Of a stretch of 64,000 bases of DNA, positions 27,756-37,115 are shown one piece after another. The notes under the pieces were generated by a model that saw only the letters and a program-made list of their open reading frames with translations, had not been told where the DNA came from and did not search any database. A program made the translations under genes and the position numbers. Numbering within the stretch: the stretch's first letter is position 1; every line of letters starts with the position of its first letter. The DNA is from Deltaproteobacteria bacterium (GTDB lineage: Bacteria > Desulfobacterota > Dissulfuribacteria > Dissulfuribacterales > QOAL01): positions 73,399 through 137,398 of the forward strand of contig JALWNK010000023.1 in NCBI GenBank assembly GCA_026995935.1. The letters are read 5' to 3'.

Positions 27756-30700
27756 ATGAGCGGAAAAATCCTTAAGGCAACCATAACGGTAATCGTTTTC
27801 ATAGCGCTTTTCTTTTTCTCAATCTTCTATACTGAAACCATGCCAAGGCTGCTTTTAAAGGCGGCAGAATCCCTTTCAGAAGGTTCTATAGAGGTTGACA
27901 AAACAACCGGGAGCCTTTCAAGGGGCTTTCATCTGGAGACCCTGGCGATTAAAGGCAATGGCTATTCAGTTAGGCTAAAGGATATTTCAATAAAGATTTC
28001 TCCCATGAGGCTCCTTGAAGGGACGCTATTTTTCGATTTTCTAGTGGCTGATAAGGTTTCTGTAAATGTTGAAAAAGAGACAAAGGATGCCGGAAATAAA
28101 CCAAAGGAAACGCAACAAATCCTTTTTCCTGATCTTTTTTTTAACGTTAATCTAAAAGATGCCAGGATTAAAAGTTTATTGATAAAGACTGGTAAAAACA
28201 GGGCCCCTTTGACCCTAAAGGATCTTTCGCTTTCCGCGAACATTGAAGATAAGACCATAAATATTAATTTTTTAAAGGGTAATTTTTTACCCTACCGGGT
28301 TGCTTTTCTTTTAGAGGCCAATGTTTCGGCATTTAGTCAACCTGCTGCACTTTCCGGCCGCATGGTTCTTAAAAGAAGGGTAAAAGGTGCCAGACAGACG
28401 GTTCTTGATGCCAATTTTAAGGGCGACCTCCGGCGTCTCTCTCTTACTGGTAAGATTAGAGGTGTGCCAGAGGGCACCTTTAATGGTCTCTTTTCTGATA
28501 TTCTTAAAAGGCCCAAGTGGCAACTACACGTTGACTTAAAAGGGATTAACCCCAGTTTTCTTGCCCCTGGGAATCCGCCAGCACTTATCCAAATAAATAT
28601 AAATGCAAGGCTTCATGGCGAGGAAGGAACTGTTTCGGGTTTGATACGCGGAAATTTCAGCCTTCCAAATAAGGAAAAGGGCACCTTTTTAGTAAAAGGT
28701 GGCTATGGCAAAGAAGGATTACAGATAGGAAAGGGCGTTATTTCAACGCTTGGGGGAAAGCTTACGGTCAGCGGAACCCTTTCTCAGGATTCGGGCTTTA
28801 GGGCCAAGGCGGCATTAGACAACATCCATTTGGATACGCTTCTATCTGGGATCAAGGCAAGGGTTTCCGGGGCCGTTAAGGCATCTGGAATTTTGGGCGG
28901 CAGAAAGGGGCCATTTGCAAATATCAGTATTGAGGGCGTTCATGGAAGGCTAAATGGCAGGGCGTGTGCCATGGGGGGAGACATTTTTTTAGATAAGGCC
29001 GGGATAGATGTGAAGGAAATGGAGTTTCACGCCCCTGGGACTTCCTTATCTCTAAGCGGTGTCTTAAAAAGGGCAAGCCAGGACATAAAGGTCGCCTTTA
29101 AGAGTAAGGACCTGTCTCTTTTTTATCCTGCCTTAAAAGGCGAGGTAAGGGTAAAAGCCCACGTTTTTGGAAAAAGAGAAGACCCGGGTGTTCATCTGTA
29201 TGCCCTGGGGAAAAAGATTTCATACCCCCAGGGAGGCCTTAAGGCATTTAAGGTAACCCTTGATTCAGACGGCCTTTTATCGTCTCAAATAAAGACAAGA
29301 GTCAAAGCCAATGGCATTTTTGCAAGGGATATTATCCTTAACACCCTGCAGGCATCTCTAAAAGGCACAAGGAGCAGACACTTAATAAGGCTAAGAACCA
29401 GGGGTGAAGGCCTTCACGCGGATATCAGTCTCTCCGGAGGTCTGGCCCGCGAATTTAAGTACATGGGCATGTTAAGGGAATTTAATATCAGGTTAGTTGA
29501 TTCAGGAACCTGGAAGCTCCTTAAACCTTCTCGCTTTTTAGCAGGCAGAGATGGATTTGATATTTCCCAACTGTGCCTGAAAAATGGCAAACAAGGGGGC
29601 AGACTCTGTATTAATGGGGCGATTGGGAAAAGACGCATGGGGATTGAGGTGGTCTCATCTTCCCTCCCCATTAGACCTATTTCTGATTTTTGGGGATACG
29701 GGTGTTCCCTTTCTGGCACCTTTGACTTAAGGCTAAGTTTTTTCAAAGAGGGGATGTCTTCAAAGGGAAACTTCTTTTTCAAGACAAGGGATGCCAAGGC
29801 CTTTTTTGAAAAGATAAACAAGACTAGGCCCCTGAAGCTTTCTGTAAAGGGGCATCTTTCAGAAAAAGGGCTTAGGACAGATGTCCTTGCAAGCCTTGAT
29901 ACAAAGACAGATCTTTCTGGCCATGTTATGCTTCCTGGATTTTTGCAAGGAAAGTCTGTGGCCAAAAAGCAGCCCATTGAGGGCATCTTCACCCTTTCAT
30001 CAAGGGATGTGTCGATAATCAATGATTTTTATCCAGGGCTCTTCGTATATAAAGGGAGTCTCAAGTCAAAGATAAAATTTTCCGGAACCACAGAAAATCC
30101 GCACCTTGAGGCAAGGGCAAGCATACTGGATCTTAAGGCCGAGTACCCTGAATATGGCCTTGTGATAAACCTTAAAAACGCCTCCTTAGCCTTAAATGAC
30201 CAACAACTTAATATCTTAGCACTCCTTGATTCTCCAGATGGAACCCTCAAGATAACGGGAAGGGGCAGGGTGGAATCAAAAGACCTTGACCTTTTCCTTA
30301 AGATAAGCGGAAAGGATTACAGGGCGCTCACCACTCCCTACCAGAAGATATTCGTTTCGCCTAAGCTGTCCGTCTTTGTGAAAAATAATCACATTAAAAT
30401 TGAGGGACGCCTTCTGGTTCCTCGTGCAAGGATAGAGGGATTTACCCTTTCCTCTTCTGCCATTGTTCCATCTGCAGATATCAAGATAGAGGGAGAGCAG
30501 GATAAAGGGAGCGGGGCAACCTCCAACGTCTACCTTGACGTCAATGTGGTCTTGGGAGACAACGTTAAGGTAAAGGTTTACGGGCTTGAAGGGCGCCTTT
30601 ACGGCAAAATAGGGCTTAAGACCTCCCCTTCAGGTGATTTACTTGGAACCGGAATCTTGTCCATCAAGGATGGTGTCTATAAGGCCTTTGAAACCAGGTT

Positions 30701-31202
30701 GAAAATAAGAAAGGGGAGGCTTCTTTACTTTTCAAGCCCCCTTGATAACCCGGAACTTGAGGTGGAGGCCGTTCGCAATGTGGATGACAGCCTTGTTGGA
30801 TTAAGGGTAAAGGGCAGGCTTAAGGACCCTGTAATTAAACTATTTTCAGATCCAGCCATGCCGGAATCTGAGATAGCAAGGTACCTACTTGGCGGCAAAA
30901 AGGGCAAAGGAGTAACAAAGGCCAGTGCCATTGCAGGAGGGGCAAATCTCCTCTTGTCTCGTCTTAGGCAAAGGCTCGGACTTCTTGATGAGATAAAGCT
31001 TGAGACCGGCCAGGCCTCTGATGACTTGGCGCTTATGGTGGGGACCTATCTCCGCCCTGACCTTTATCTGAAATTCATAAACGATTTTGAGGACAAGGTC
31101 ACAAGGTTCATACTGAGATACGACTATTCAAAACACATAGAAATAGAGACCGAGACAGGCGAATCCCCCTCCGCAGGGATATTTTTCAAGCTTGAAAGAT
31201 AG
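27756..31202 (+). CDS. Translocation and assembly module subunit TamB-like (DUF490 C-terminus)
   Basis: 1148 aa with an N-terminal signal anchor and a long beta-rich repetitive body. The conserved C-terminal region reads SRLRQRLGLLDEIKLETG...VGTYLRPDLYLKF. Confidence 0.7.
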   Translation: MSGKILKATITVIVFIALFFFSIFYTETMPRLLLKAAESLSEGSIEVDKTTGSLSRGFHLETLAIKGNGYSVRLKDISIKISPMRLLEGTLFFDFLVADKVSVNVEKETKDAGNKPKETQQILFPDLFFNVNLKDARIKSLLIKTGKNRAPLTLKDLSLSANIEDKTININFLKGNFLPYRVAFLLEANVSAFSQPAALSGRMVLKRRVKGARQTVLDANFKGDLRRLSLTGKIRGVPEGTFNGLFSDILKRPKWQLHVDLKGINPSFLAPGNPPALIQININARLHGEEGTVSGLIRGNFSLPNKEKGTFLVKGGYGKEGLQIGKGVISTLGGKLTVSGTLSQDSGFRAKAALDNIHLDTLLSGIKARVSGAVKASGILGGRKGPFANISIEGVHGRLNGRACAMGGDIFLDKAGIDVKEMEFHAPGTSLSLSGVLKRASQDIKVAFKSKDLSLFYPALKGEVRVKAHVFGKREDPGVHLYALGKKISYPQGGLKAFKVTLDSDGLLSSQIKTRVKANGIFARDIILNTLQASLKGTRSRHLIRLRTRGEGLHADISLSGGLAREFKYMGMLREFNIRLVDSGTWKLLKPSRFLAGRDGFDISQLCLKNGKQGGRLCINGAIGKRRMGIEVVSSSLPIRPISDFWGYGCSLSGTFDLRLSFFKEGMSSKGNFFFKTRDAKAFFEKINKTRPLKLSVKGHLSEKGLRTDVLASLDTKTDLSGHVMLPGFLQGKSVAKKQPIEGIFTLSSRDVSIINDFYPGLFVYKGSLKSKIKFSGTTENPHLEARASILDLKAEYPEYGLVINLKNASLALNDQQLNILALLDSPDGTLKITGRGRVESKDLDLFLKISGKDYRALTTPYQKIFVSPKLSVFVKNNHIKIEGRLLVPRARIEGFTLSSSAIVPSADIKIEGEQDKGSGATSNVYLDVNVVLGDNVKVKVYGLEGRLYGKIGLKTSPSGDLLGTGILSIKDGVYKAFETRLKIRKGRLLYFSSPLDNPELEVEAVRNVDDSLVGLRVKGRLKDPVIKLFSDPAMPESEIARYLLGGKKGKGVTKASAIAGGANLLLSRLRQRLGLLDEIKLETGQASDDLALMVGTYLRPDLYLKFINDFEDKVTRFILRYDYSKHIEIETETGESPSAGIFFKLER

Positions 31203-31205
31203 CTA

Positions 31206-32690
31206 TTAATCATCTTGTTTCTGCCAGCGGAACCGCGGTTTCCTGGTCATCTTCCAGAATTCAGGAGTGAAGAATATGGCAACTGTGTAAAGCTCCAACC
31301 GGCCTGCGAGCATGCAAAATATGAGCACAAGTTTTGCGGCAGATGGAAGATGCCCAAAGTTCCTTGAAGGTCCCACAAGGTGAAGACCTGGACCGATGTT
31401 GTTAAGGGTGGCAATTACCGCAGTAGGGCCAGTGACTATGTCAACACCAAGGGCAGTGACTGCAAGGCTTGCCCCGAGAAAAACCACTATGTAAATGGCA
31501 AAAAAACTGAGGATGCCTATCATAACATCCTGTGGGACCTTCATGTTGCCTAACTTTATGGTATCCACCTGGTGGGGATGAACCAGCCTCCTGAGCTGAC
31601 TCCTGGCATATTTAAAAAAAAGGAGGCATCTTACAACCTTTACCCCGCCCCCTGTGGAGCCTGCACATCCGCCTATGAACATCAGGGTTACCAGCAACAT
31701 CTTTGCAAAGGGAGGCCATTTGTCAAAATCAGCAGTGCCAAAGCCCGTGGTTGTCATTATGGATACCACCTGGAAGAGACTGTCTCTGAGATTTAGCAGA
31801 TTGTTCTGATAGACAACTGCGCCTGCGTTGACCAGGAATATGGTGGTAACACTTGCCAGCACTATGTACGTGTAAAGCCTGAATTCCTCATCCCTCCAAT
31901 AGATTTTCAGATCTCCGCTTAGGGCCCTGAAATGCAGGGAGAAGTTGGCTCCAGCAAGGAACATAAATACAACAATAACCAGATGAATATAGGTTGATTG
32001 GAAGTGGGCAATGGAAAGGTTATATGTGGAGAAACCCCCTGTTGCAAGGGTTGCAAAAGAGTGCGTGAGGGCTTCAAAGAAGCCCATGCCACCAAGCATT
32101 AGAAGGAGTACCTCTGCAACAGTCATCAATACGTAAACAGACCAAAGTATGCGTGCGGTATCCTGGATTCTGGGAGTAAGTCTGTCCTTTGTTGGGCCTG
32201 GCACCTCTGCCTGAAAGAGTTGCATTCCACCGATTCCGAGTAAGGGAAGTATTGCAAGAGTGAGGACAATAATTCCCATGCCCCCAAGCCAGTGGGTCAT
32301 GGCCCTCCAGAAGAGTATGCTTTTGGGCAGCACCTCAATGTCGGAGAGGATGGTAGAGCCTGTTGTGGTAAATCCAGACATGGATTCGAAAAAGGCATCT
32401 ACGAAGTTGGGAATGGAACCAGAAATAACATAGGGAAGGGCGCCCAAAAGGGCGAAAATAAACCAGCTGAAGGCAACAATTGCGAAACCATCCTTGAAAC
32501 CCAGATCCCTTTCTGGCTCGAAACAGATAACCAGGATAGTGCCAAGTAACAGGCCAAGCAGAGAACTGGTAAAAAAGACATGTGCAACACCATCATGGAA
32601 GTAGTAGGAAAAGGGAAGGGGTGTGAGCAGCATGAAAGAAAGCACGATCAAAAGCCTGCCCAAAAGATTCAATGCGCCCGATACTTTCAT
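31206..32690 (-). CDS. trkH: Trk-type potassium uptake protein, membrane subunit
   Basis: 494 aa, polytopic, with repeated selectivity-filter-like motifs (TTTGST, LATGGFST, MTTTGFGT, GCAGSTGGG). Confidence 0.85.
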   Translation of the reverse strand: MKVSGALNLLGRLLIVLSFMLLTPLPFSYYFHDGVAHVFFTSSLLGLLLGTILVICFEPERDLGFKDGFAIVAFSWFIFALLGALPYVISGSIPNFVDAFFESMSGFTTTGSTILSDIEVLPKSILFWRAMTHWLGGMGIIVLTLAILPLLGIGGMQLFQAEVPGPTKDRLTPRIQDTARILWSVYVLMTVAEVLLLMLGGMGFFEALTHSFATLATGGFSTYNLSIAHFQSTYIHLVIVVFMFLAGANFSLHFRALSGDLKIYWRDEEFRLYTYIVLASVTTIFLVNAGAVVYQNNLLNLRDSLFQVVSIMTTTGFGTADFDKWPPFAKMLLVTLMFIGGCAGSTGGGVKVVRCLLFFKYARSQLRRLVHPHQVDTIKLGNMKVPQDVMIGILSFFAIYIVVFLGASLAVTALGVDIVTGPTAVIATLNNIGPGLHLVGPSRNFGHLPSAAKLVLIFCMLAGRLELYTVAIFFTPEFWKMTRKPRFRWQKQDD

Positions 32691-32828
32691 TCAGTACACC
32701 TGCTGTAAGTTACGTGTGGTGTATGGAAGGACAGCACCTGGCGGATGCAAGCTGTCGGACAAGGCGTGAATGATTGGAGTAAAGAGTGAATCATAGGGGT
32801 TATAGAGTTTGGCTTCTATTCATCCTCT

Positions 32829-34187
32829 TCAATCTGCGCTTCTTGACTGGAAAAAGCTTTCCACCTTTTTTGCCGCGTCCTTTACAAAGAATATCACCAA
32901 ATTGTCACCTGGCCTTATGGTGCTATCCCCAGAGGGGATGGATGCCTTGCCTTCCCTGACAATGGCCCCTATAACGGAACCCTTGGGCAGGTTGAGGTCC
33001 TTTAGGGCCACGTTATCAAATCTCTTTGCATCTGGAACAGTCAGTTCTATGACCTCCGCATCTGAATCCAAAATAGTCGCAACAGAAACTATATCCGCCC
33101 TTCTTACATAGCTGATTATCATGTCTGCTGCCACCTGCCTTGGACTGAGGGTTACATCGATTCCAAGCCTGTCAAGCATGGGCAAAAAATCATGCCTCCC
33201 AACCTTTACAATGCATCTGGTGGTTCCATGGTGTTTTGCCATTAGGGATGCAAGGATGTTAGTGGTATCCGAATCGGTGACGGCCACAACAAGGTCTGCA
33301 GAGTCTATTCCTTCTTCCAGGAGGGTATGGATATCAAGCGGATCCACATTCAGGACAAGTGCGCTTGAAAGGTTCTCAGACAGAAATTCACAGCGTTCCT
33401 TGTCCGATTCAACCACCTTCACGTCAATATCCATTTCCTCGATCTGCCTGGCAGTAAGGTAGGCGATGTCCCCCCCTCCCAGTATAAAGACAACGTCTGG
33501 AATTTTGCTGGAAAAACCGAAAAGGTCTTCTACCTTCGATATATCGTCTTTCAAGACAACCAGATAAATCTTGTCCCCAGGCCTGATTGTATCTTCGCCC
33601 CTTGGGATAATGGTTTCACCTTGCCTTATTATGGCCACCATGACGTATCGGGCCTCAGTTGAAAGCCCTCCGATTTCGAAAAGTGTTTTCCCTGCAAAGG
33701 GATGACCATCGTTCACCACATAACCCAGAAGGTAGACCTGGCCATTTGCAAACTCTGCAGTGTCAAAGGCTGCTGAGACCTGGATGAGTTTGACAATCTC
33801 ATCAGCCATGGCCCAGTTGGGGCTGATAATAAGGTCTATTCCGAAGATGTCCTTGTCGACCAGAGAATCCGAAAGCAGTAAATCCTCGCTTCTGACCCTG
33901 GCAATCCTGACCTTAACCTGGTATTTGCTGGACATGAAACATGCCACCAGGTTTACTTCGTCACTGTCCGTTACCGCGATAAAAAGATCTGTCTTGGAGA
34001 TTCCCGCTTCTGCTAACAGACGGGCTGATGCACCGTTTCCCACAAAGGTTTGAATGTTTAGTTCCCTCTCCAGCCCCTTGATTTTTTCTTCGTCCCTGTC
34101 AATAAGAACGACCTCTTGGCCTTCAGAGGAAAATTTTTCACAAAGATACTGACCTACCTGACCAGCACCTACAATCATTATCCTCAC
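32829..34187 (-). CDS. trkA: Trk system NAD-binding subunit
   Basis: 452 aa with two RCK/KTN units (IVGAGQVG, ILGGGDIA). The start could be GTG 34187 or ATG 34178. Confidence 0.85.
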   Translation of the reverse strand: MRIMIVGAGQVGQYLCEKFSSEGQEVVLIDRDEEKIKGLERELNIQTFVGNGASARLLAEAGISKTDLFIAVTDSDEVNLVACFMSSKYQVKVRIARVRSEDLLLSDSLVDKDIFGIDLIISPNWAMADEIVKLIQVSAAFDTAEFANGQVYLLGYVVNDGHPFAGKTLFEIGGLSTEARYVMVAIIRQGETIIPRGEDTIRPGDKIYLVVLKDDISKVEDLFGFSSKIPDVVFILGGGDIAYLTARQIEEMDIDVKVVESDKERCEFLSENLSSALVLNVDPLDIHTLLEEGIDSADLVVAVTDSDTTNILASLMAKHHGTTRCIVKVGRHDFLPMLDRLGIDVTLSPRQVAADMIISYVRRADIVSVATILDSDAEVIELTVPDAKRFDNVALKDLNLPKGSVIGAIVREGKASIPSGDSTIRPGDNLVIFFVKDAAKKVESFFQSRSAD

Positions 34188-34242
34188 GCGCGTTCACTCC
34201 ATAAATTTGTTTTCTGGTAGTAGACTGGAAAAAAGATAAGAA

Positions 34243-34271
34243 ACTATAGGGAAAAACGGATCAGGCTGCAA
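34243..34271 (-). promoter_or_regulatory. Sigma-70-type promoter TTGCAG-N17-TATAGT upstream of trkA
   Basis: The hexamers and the 17-nt spacer are read directly on the minus strand, about 55 nt upstream of the trkA start. Confidence 0.4.
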
Positions 34272-34292
34272 GAAAAAGGTAACGACGCGACC

Positions 34293-35294
34293 TTAGAGGG
34301 CGGAACTCCAAAGTCTTGTCTTGCAGTATTCAACCATTCTTTGATCCTCAGGTGGCTCTATCTTTTCAAGGCCTTCTTCCCTTGTCATGACCCCCTGTCT
34401 CACCATGTTTGCTATTTCCCAGACGTAGGGATGAAACCTGTAGCGCTTTCTGTGGACAAAGTTGGCATATGCATTTAGCAGGCAGTTGGATGAATTTGGG
34501 TCGGTATCCCTTGGCCTTTCCCAGCCAAATGACCTGTTTTTTTCTACTATCTTCTCCTCGTTGTATTCTTCAAAGGCAAGGGGATGGACGTTCCAGGGAA
34601 AGAGTTTCTTTTTGGAAAAATCACCCTCTGATAGAAAATATTTAAGGATTTTTTTTCCGGCAACCTCCTTTAAGGGCTCAAGAAGGAGGTCCTGTGCAGC
34701 CCTTACAAATATTGCGTTTGTGCGCATGACTGAAGATTTTATTGGTGCCTGCCCGGGTGACCATCCAAAACCCACAAAGGGGATGGCCTTTTCAATGGCG
34801 GTCTTGAGCACTATGGATTTTACAAGACCGATGCAGGATGTGCAGATGGTGCTGGCCCTTTCCAGGGTCTTTGGTGGGTAAAGCTCCCTTTCAGCTGCTG
34901 CCCTGAATATCTTTTTCAGCATGCCCGGGTCTGGCCTGACAATAAGGCTGTCTACACCTAGGCTTTCACATACCTTGTTTATATTCCTGAAGGCCCCGCT
35001 TGATATGAAGGCATTATCAAATGTTAGTGCAAGGACCTCAAGTCCGTACACCTTTTTAAAAAGATAGAGGGTGTAAGTGCTGTCCTTGCCTCCGCTGTAG
35101 GCCATGATCACATCATAGGCACCTTTTCCAGCATGTTTTTCTATAAGGCCAAGGAACTTTTCCTTCTGCCTTTTTTTGAGCTCTTTGCTTTCCTCTTTTT
35201 TTCTGTCTTTCTGGCAGAAACTGCAAAGTCCATCTTCATTAAAGGAAATGCCTGGAAAGGTCTCTGGCAGAATGCACTTAACACATCTTCTCAT
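34293..35294 (-). CDS. PP-loop ATPase of the N-acetyl-sugar amidotransferase family (WbuX/WbpG-like)
   Basis: The N-terminus MRRCVKCILPETFPGISFNEDGLCSFCQ is a CxxC...CxxC ribbon typical of this family as I recall it. It is followed by the PP-loop AYSGGKDSTY. Confidence 0.55.
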   Translation of the reverse strand: MRRCVKCILPETFPGISFNEDGLCSFCQKDRKKEESKELKKRQKEKFLGLIEKHAGKGAYDVIMAYSGGKDSTYTLYLFKKVYGLEVLALTFDNAFISSGAFRNINKVCESLGVDSLIVRPDPGMLKKIFRAAAERELYPPKTLERASTICTSCIGLVKSIVLKTAIEKAIPFVGFGWSPGQAPIKSSVMRTNAIFVRAAQDLLLEPLKEVAGKKILKYFLSEGDFSKKKLFPWNVHPLAFEEYNEEKIVEKNRSFGWERPRDTDPNSSNCLLNAYANFVHRKRYRFHPYVWEIANMVRQGVMTREEGLEKIEPPEDQRMVEYCKTRLWSSAL

Positions 35295-35298
35295 GTCA

Positions 35299-36858
35299 TC
35301 ACCTGTTTGAAATTCTTTCTGATGCCTGTTTCTTTAGATCGTTTTTCTTGATCTTTCCGGTGGCAGTCTTTGGAAGGGCCTCGGTAATCACCATCTTGTG
35401 AGGCACCTTGAAGGCAGGAAGAAGCCTTCTACAGTGTTTTTTTATCTCCTGTAATTTGCAATTTGAGCCGGGTTTTAATACAACGAAGAGCCAGATGGCC
35501 TCTCCAAGGATATCATCCTCCACCCCTACAACGGCGGCTTCTGACACCTCTGAATGTTCCATGACGACATCTTCTATCTCCTTTGGCGCTATCCGGTGGG
35601 AGCCGCTTTTTATCATGTCGCTCTTTCTACTTACAATGTAGAAATAGCCATCATCATCCTGCCATGCCAGATCGCCAGTTCTAAGGCCCTCCGGTCTTAA
35701 CACCTTGGCCGTCTCTTCTGGGCTGTTCCAATAGCCTGCCATGATATTTTCTCCCCTTGCAACAATCTCGCCTGTCTGGCCCACGGGCACCTTTTCACCA
35801 CTTTCATCAAGAAGGGACAATTCCACACCCGGGATTGGAATGCCAATGGAGCCCGCCTTTTTGAGAAGGTCCGGGGGAGGAAGGTATGACAGTCTGGCCG
35901 AGGCCTCTGTCTGCCCATACATTATGTAGATGTTTACTCCAGGAAATGCCTCTTTAAGTCTTATTGCAAGGGCAGGGGACATGGGGGCCCCGGCCTGGGT
36001 TATATACCTTAGCTTTGGAAAGGAAAACTCGTGAAGGTTGGACCTGTGAAGCAAAATGGCGAATGTTGAGGGCACTCCTGAAAATCCTGTCACCTCGTTG
36101 TCTTCCATCTCCTTGAGGATCACGTTTGGATAGACCATGTTCTGGTTCACCACAAGGGTTGCACCTTGACATATGTGGGTGAGCATTATGGAATTTCCAT
36201 AGGAATAAAAAAAGGGAAGGACGGCCATGACCCTGTCATCCCCTGTTATGCCAAGATATTTTACAATGCTTTTTGTGTTTGCAAGAAGGTTAGAATGCCT
36301 GAGCATCACCCCCTTTGGCTTTCCGGTGGTGCCTGAGGTGTAGATGATCTGGGCAAGGTCACACGAGCTTCTGAAAGGTGGCTCAAGGGCGGAAGAGTCA
36401 TATTCCCAAAGGTCCTTAAATGTAATGCTATTATTAACCTTTTCGGAAGGGAACCCTTCCAGGGAGTTTGCCACCATGAATTTCAGCGTGGGTACATCTT
36501 GAAAGGTCTCTTTAAGGATTCTCAGGAAGCGTTTTCCAACTGCCAGCCCATCCATCTGGCAGTCATTTATGTGGTAGCTCAGGGACCTTGGGGTTGTCTG
36601 GGTATTTAGCCCCACGGAGACCCCGCCTGCCATCTGTATCCCAAAATAGGATGAGATGTACTCCACAGGGTCATCTGAGAGTATGCCTGCACGAAAGCCA
36701 GGTAGCGTTCCGCATGAGCTGATAAAGGCAGCTGTCTTTTCCGCCCTGTCTAAGAGTTCCCTATAGGAGGTGCCAGTTCCCTTATAAAGGATGGCTGTCT
36801 TATCAGGGTGGTTTTTCGCAACCCTTTGGAGCATGTGATATGTGAGCCTTGGTTCCAT
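35299..36858 (-). CDS. AMP-forming acyl/aminoacyl ligase (adenylate-forming enzyme)
   Basis: 519 aa with the motifs IIYTSGTTGKPKGV, YGQTE, GEIVARG, TGDLAWQDDDGYFYIVSRKSDMIKSG and a C-terminal TATGKIKK. Confidence 0.85.
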   Translation of the reverse strand: MEPRLTYHMLQRVAKNHPDKTAILYKGTGTSYRELLDRAEKTAAFISSCGTLPGFRAGILSDDPVEYISSYFGIQMAGGVSVGLNTQTTPRSLSYHINDCQMDGLAVGKRFLRILKETFQDVPTLKFMVANSLEGFPSEKVNNSITFKDLWEYDSSALEPPFRSSCDLAQIIYTSGTTGKPKGVMLRHSNLLANTKSIVKYLGITGDDRVMAVLPFFYSYGNSIMLTHICQGATLVVNQNMVYPNVILKEMEDNEVTGFSGVPSTFAILLHRSNLHEFSFPKLRYITQAGAPMSPALAIRLKEAFPGVNIYIMYGQTEASARLSYLPPPDLLKKAGSIGIPIPGVELSLLDESGEKVPVGQTGEIVARGENIMAGYWNSPEETAKVLRPEGLRTGDLAWQDDDGYFYIVSRKSDMIKSGSHRIAPKEIEDVVMEHSEVSEAAVVGVEDDILGEAIWLFVVLKPGSNCKLQEIKKHCRRLLPAFKVPHKMVITEALPKTATGKIKKNDLKKQASERISNR

Positions 36859-36866
36859 GCCTGAAG

Positions 36867-37115
36867 CTACTTTTGTTTTTTGCTTATAAAGGCCTCAAGA
36901 TTGTTTACAGAGTCCAGGTTTTCAGGTACAAGTTCCTCGTCTTCCACCTTGAAATCAAAGGTCTCCTCGAGCCATTCCACAAGCTCAAGAACGCCTGTTG
37001 AGTCTATGATTCCCTTTTCCAAAAAGGAATCGTCATCCTTAAGGTCCTCTCCGCCTTCTCCAAAGAGAAAGTTTTCAATGATAAAGTCTCTTACCTGTTC
37101 CTTTATGTCCGACAA
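36867..37115 (-). CDS. Acyl carrier protein
   Basis: 82 aa and acidic. The probable phosphopantetheine site is GIIDSTGVLELVEWLE. Confidence 0.7.
   Translation of the reverse strand: MSDIKEQVRDFIIENFLFGEGGEDLKDDDSFLEKGIIDSTGVLELVEWLEETFDFKVEDEELVPENLDSVNNLEAFISKKQK

Noticed and set aside
34188-34292. A possible c-di-AMP (ydaO-type) riboswitch or other leader upstream of trkA, since K+ transporters are often so regulated.
   Set aside because: The gap is only 105 nt and is mostly taken up by a plain TTGCAG-N17-TATAGT promoter and a short leader. I could not recognise the conserved pseudo-symmetric helices or motifs of that riboswitch class.
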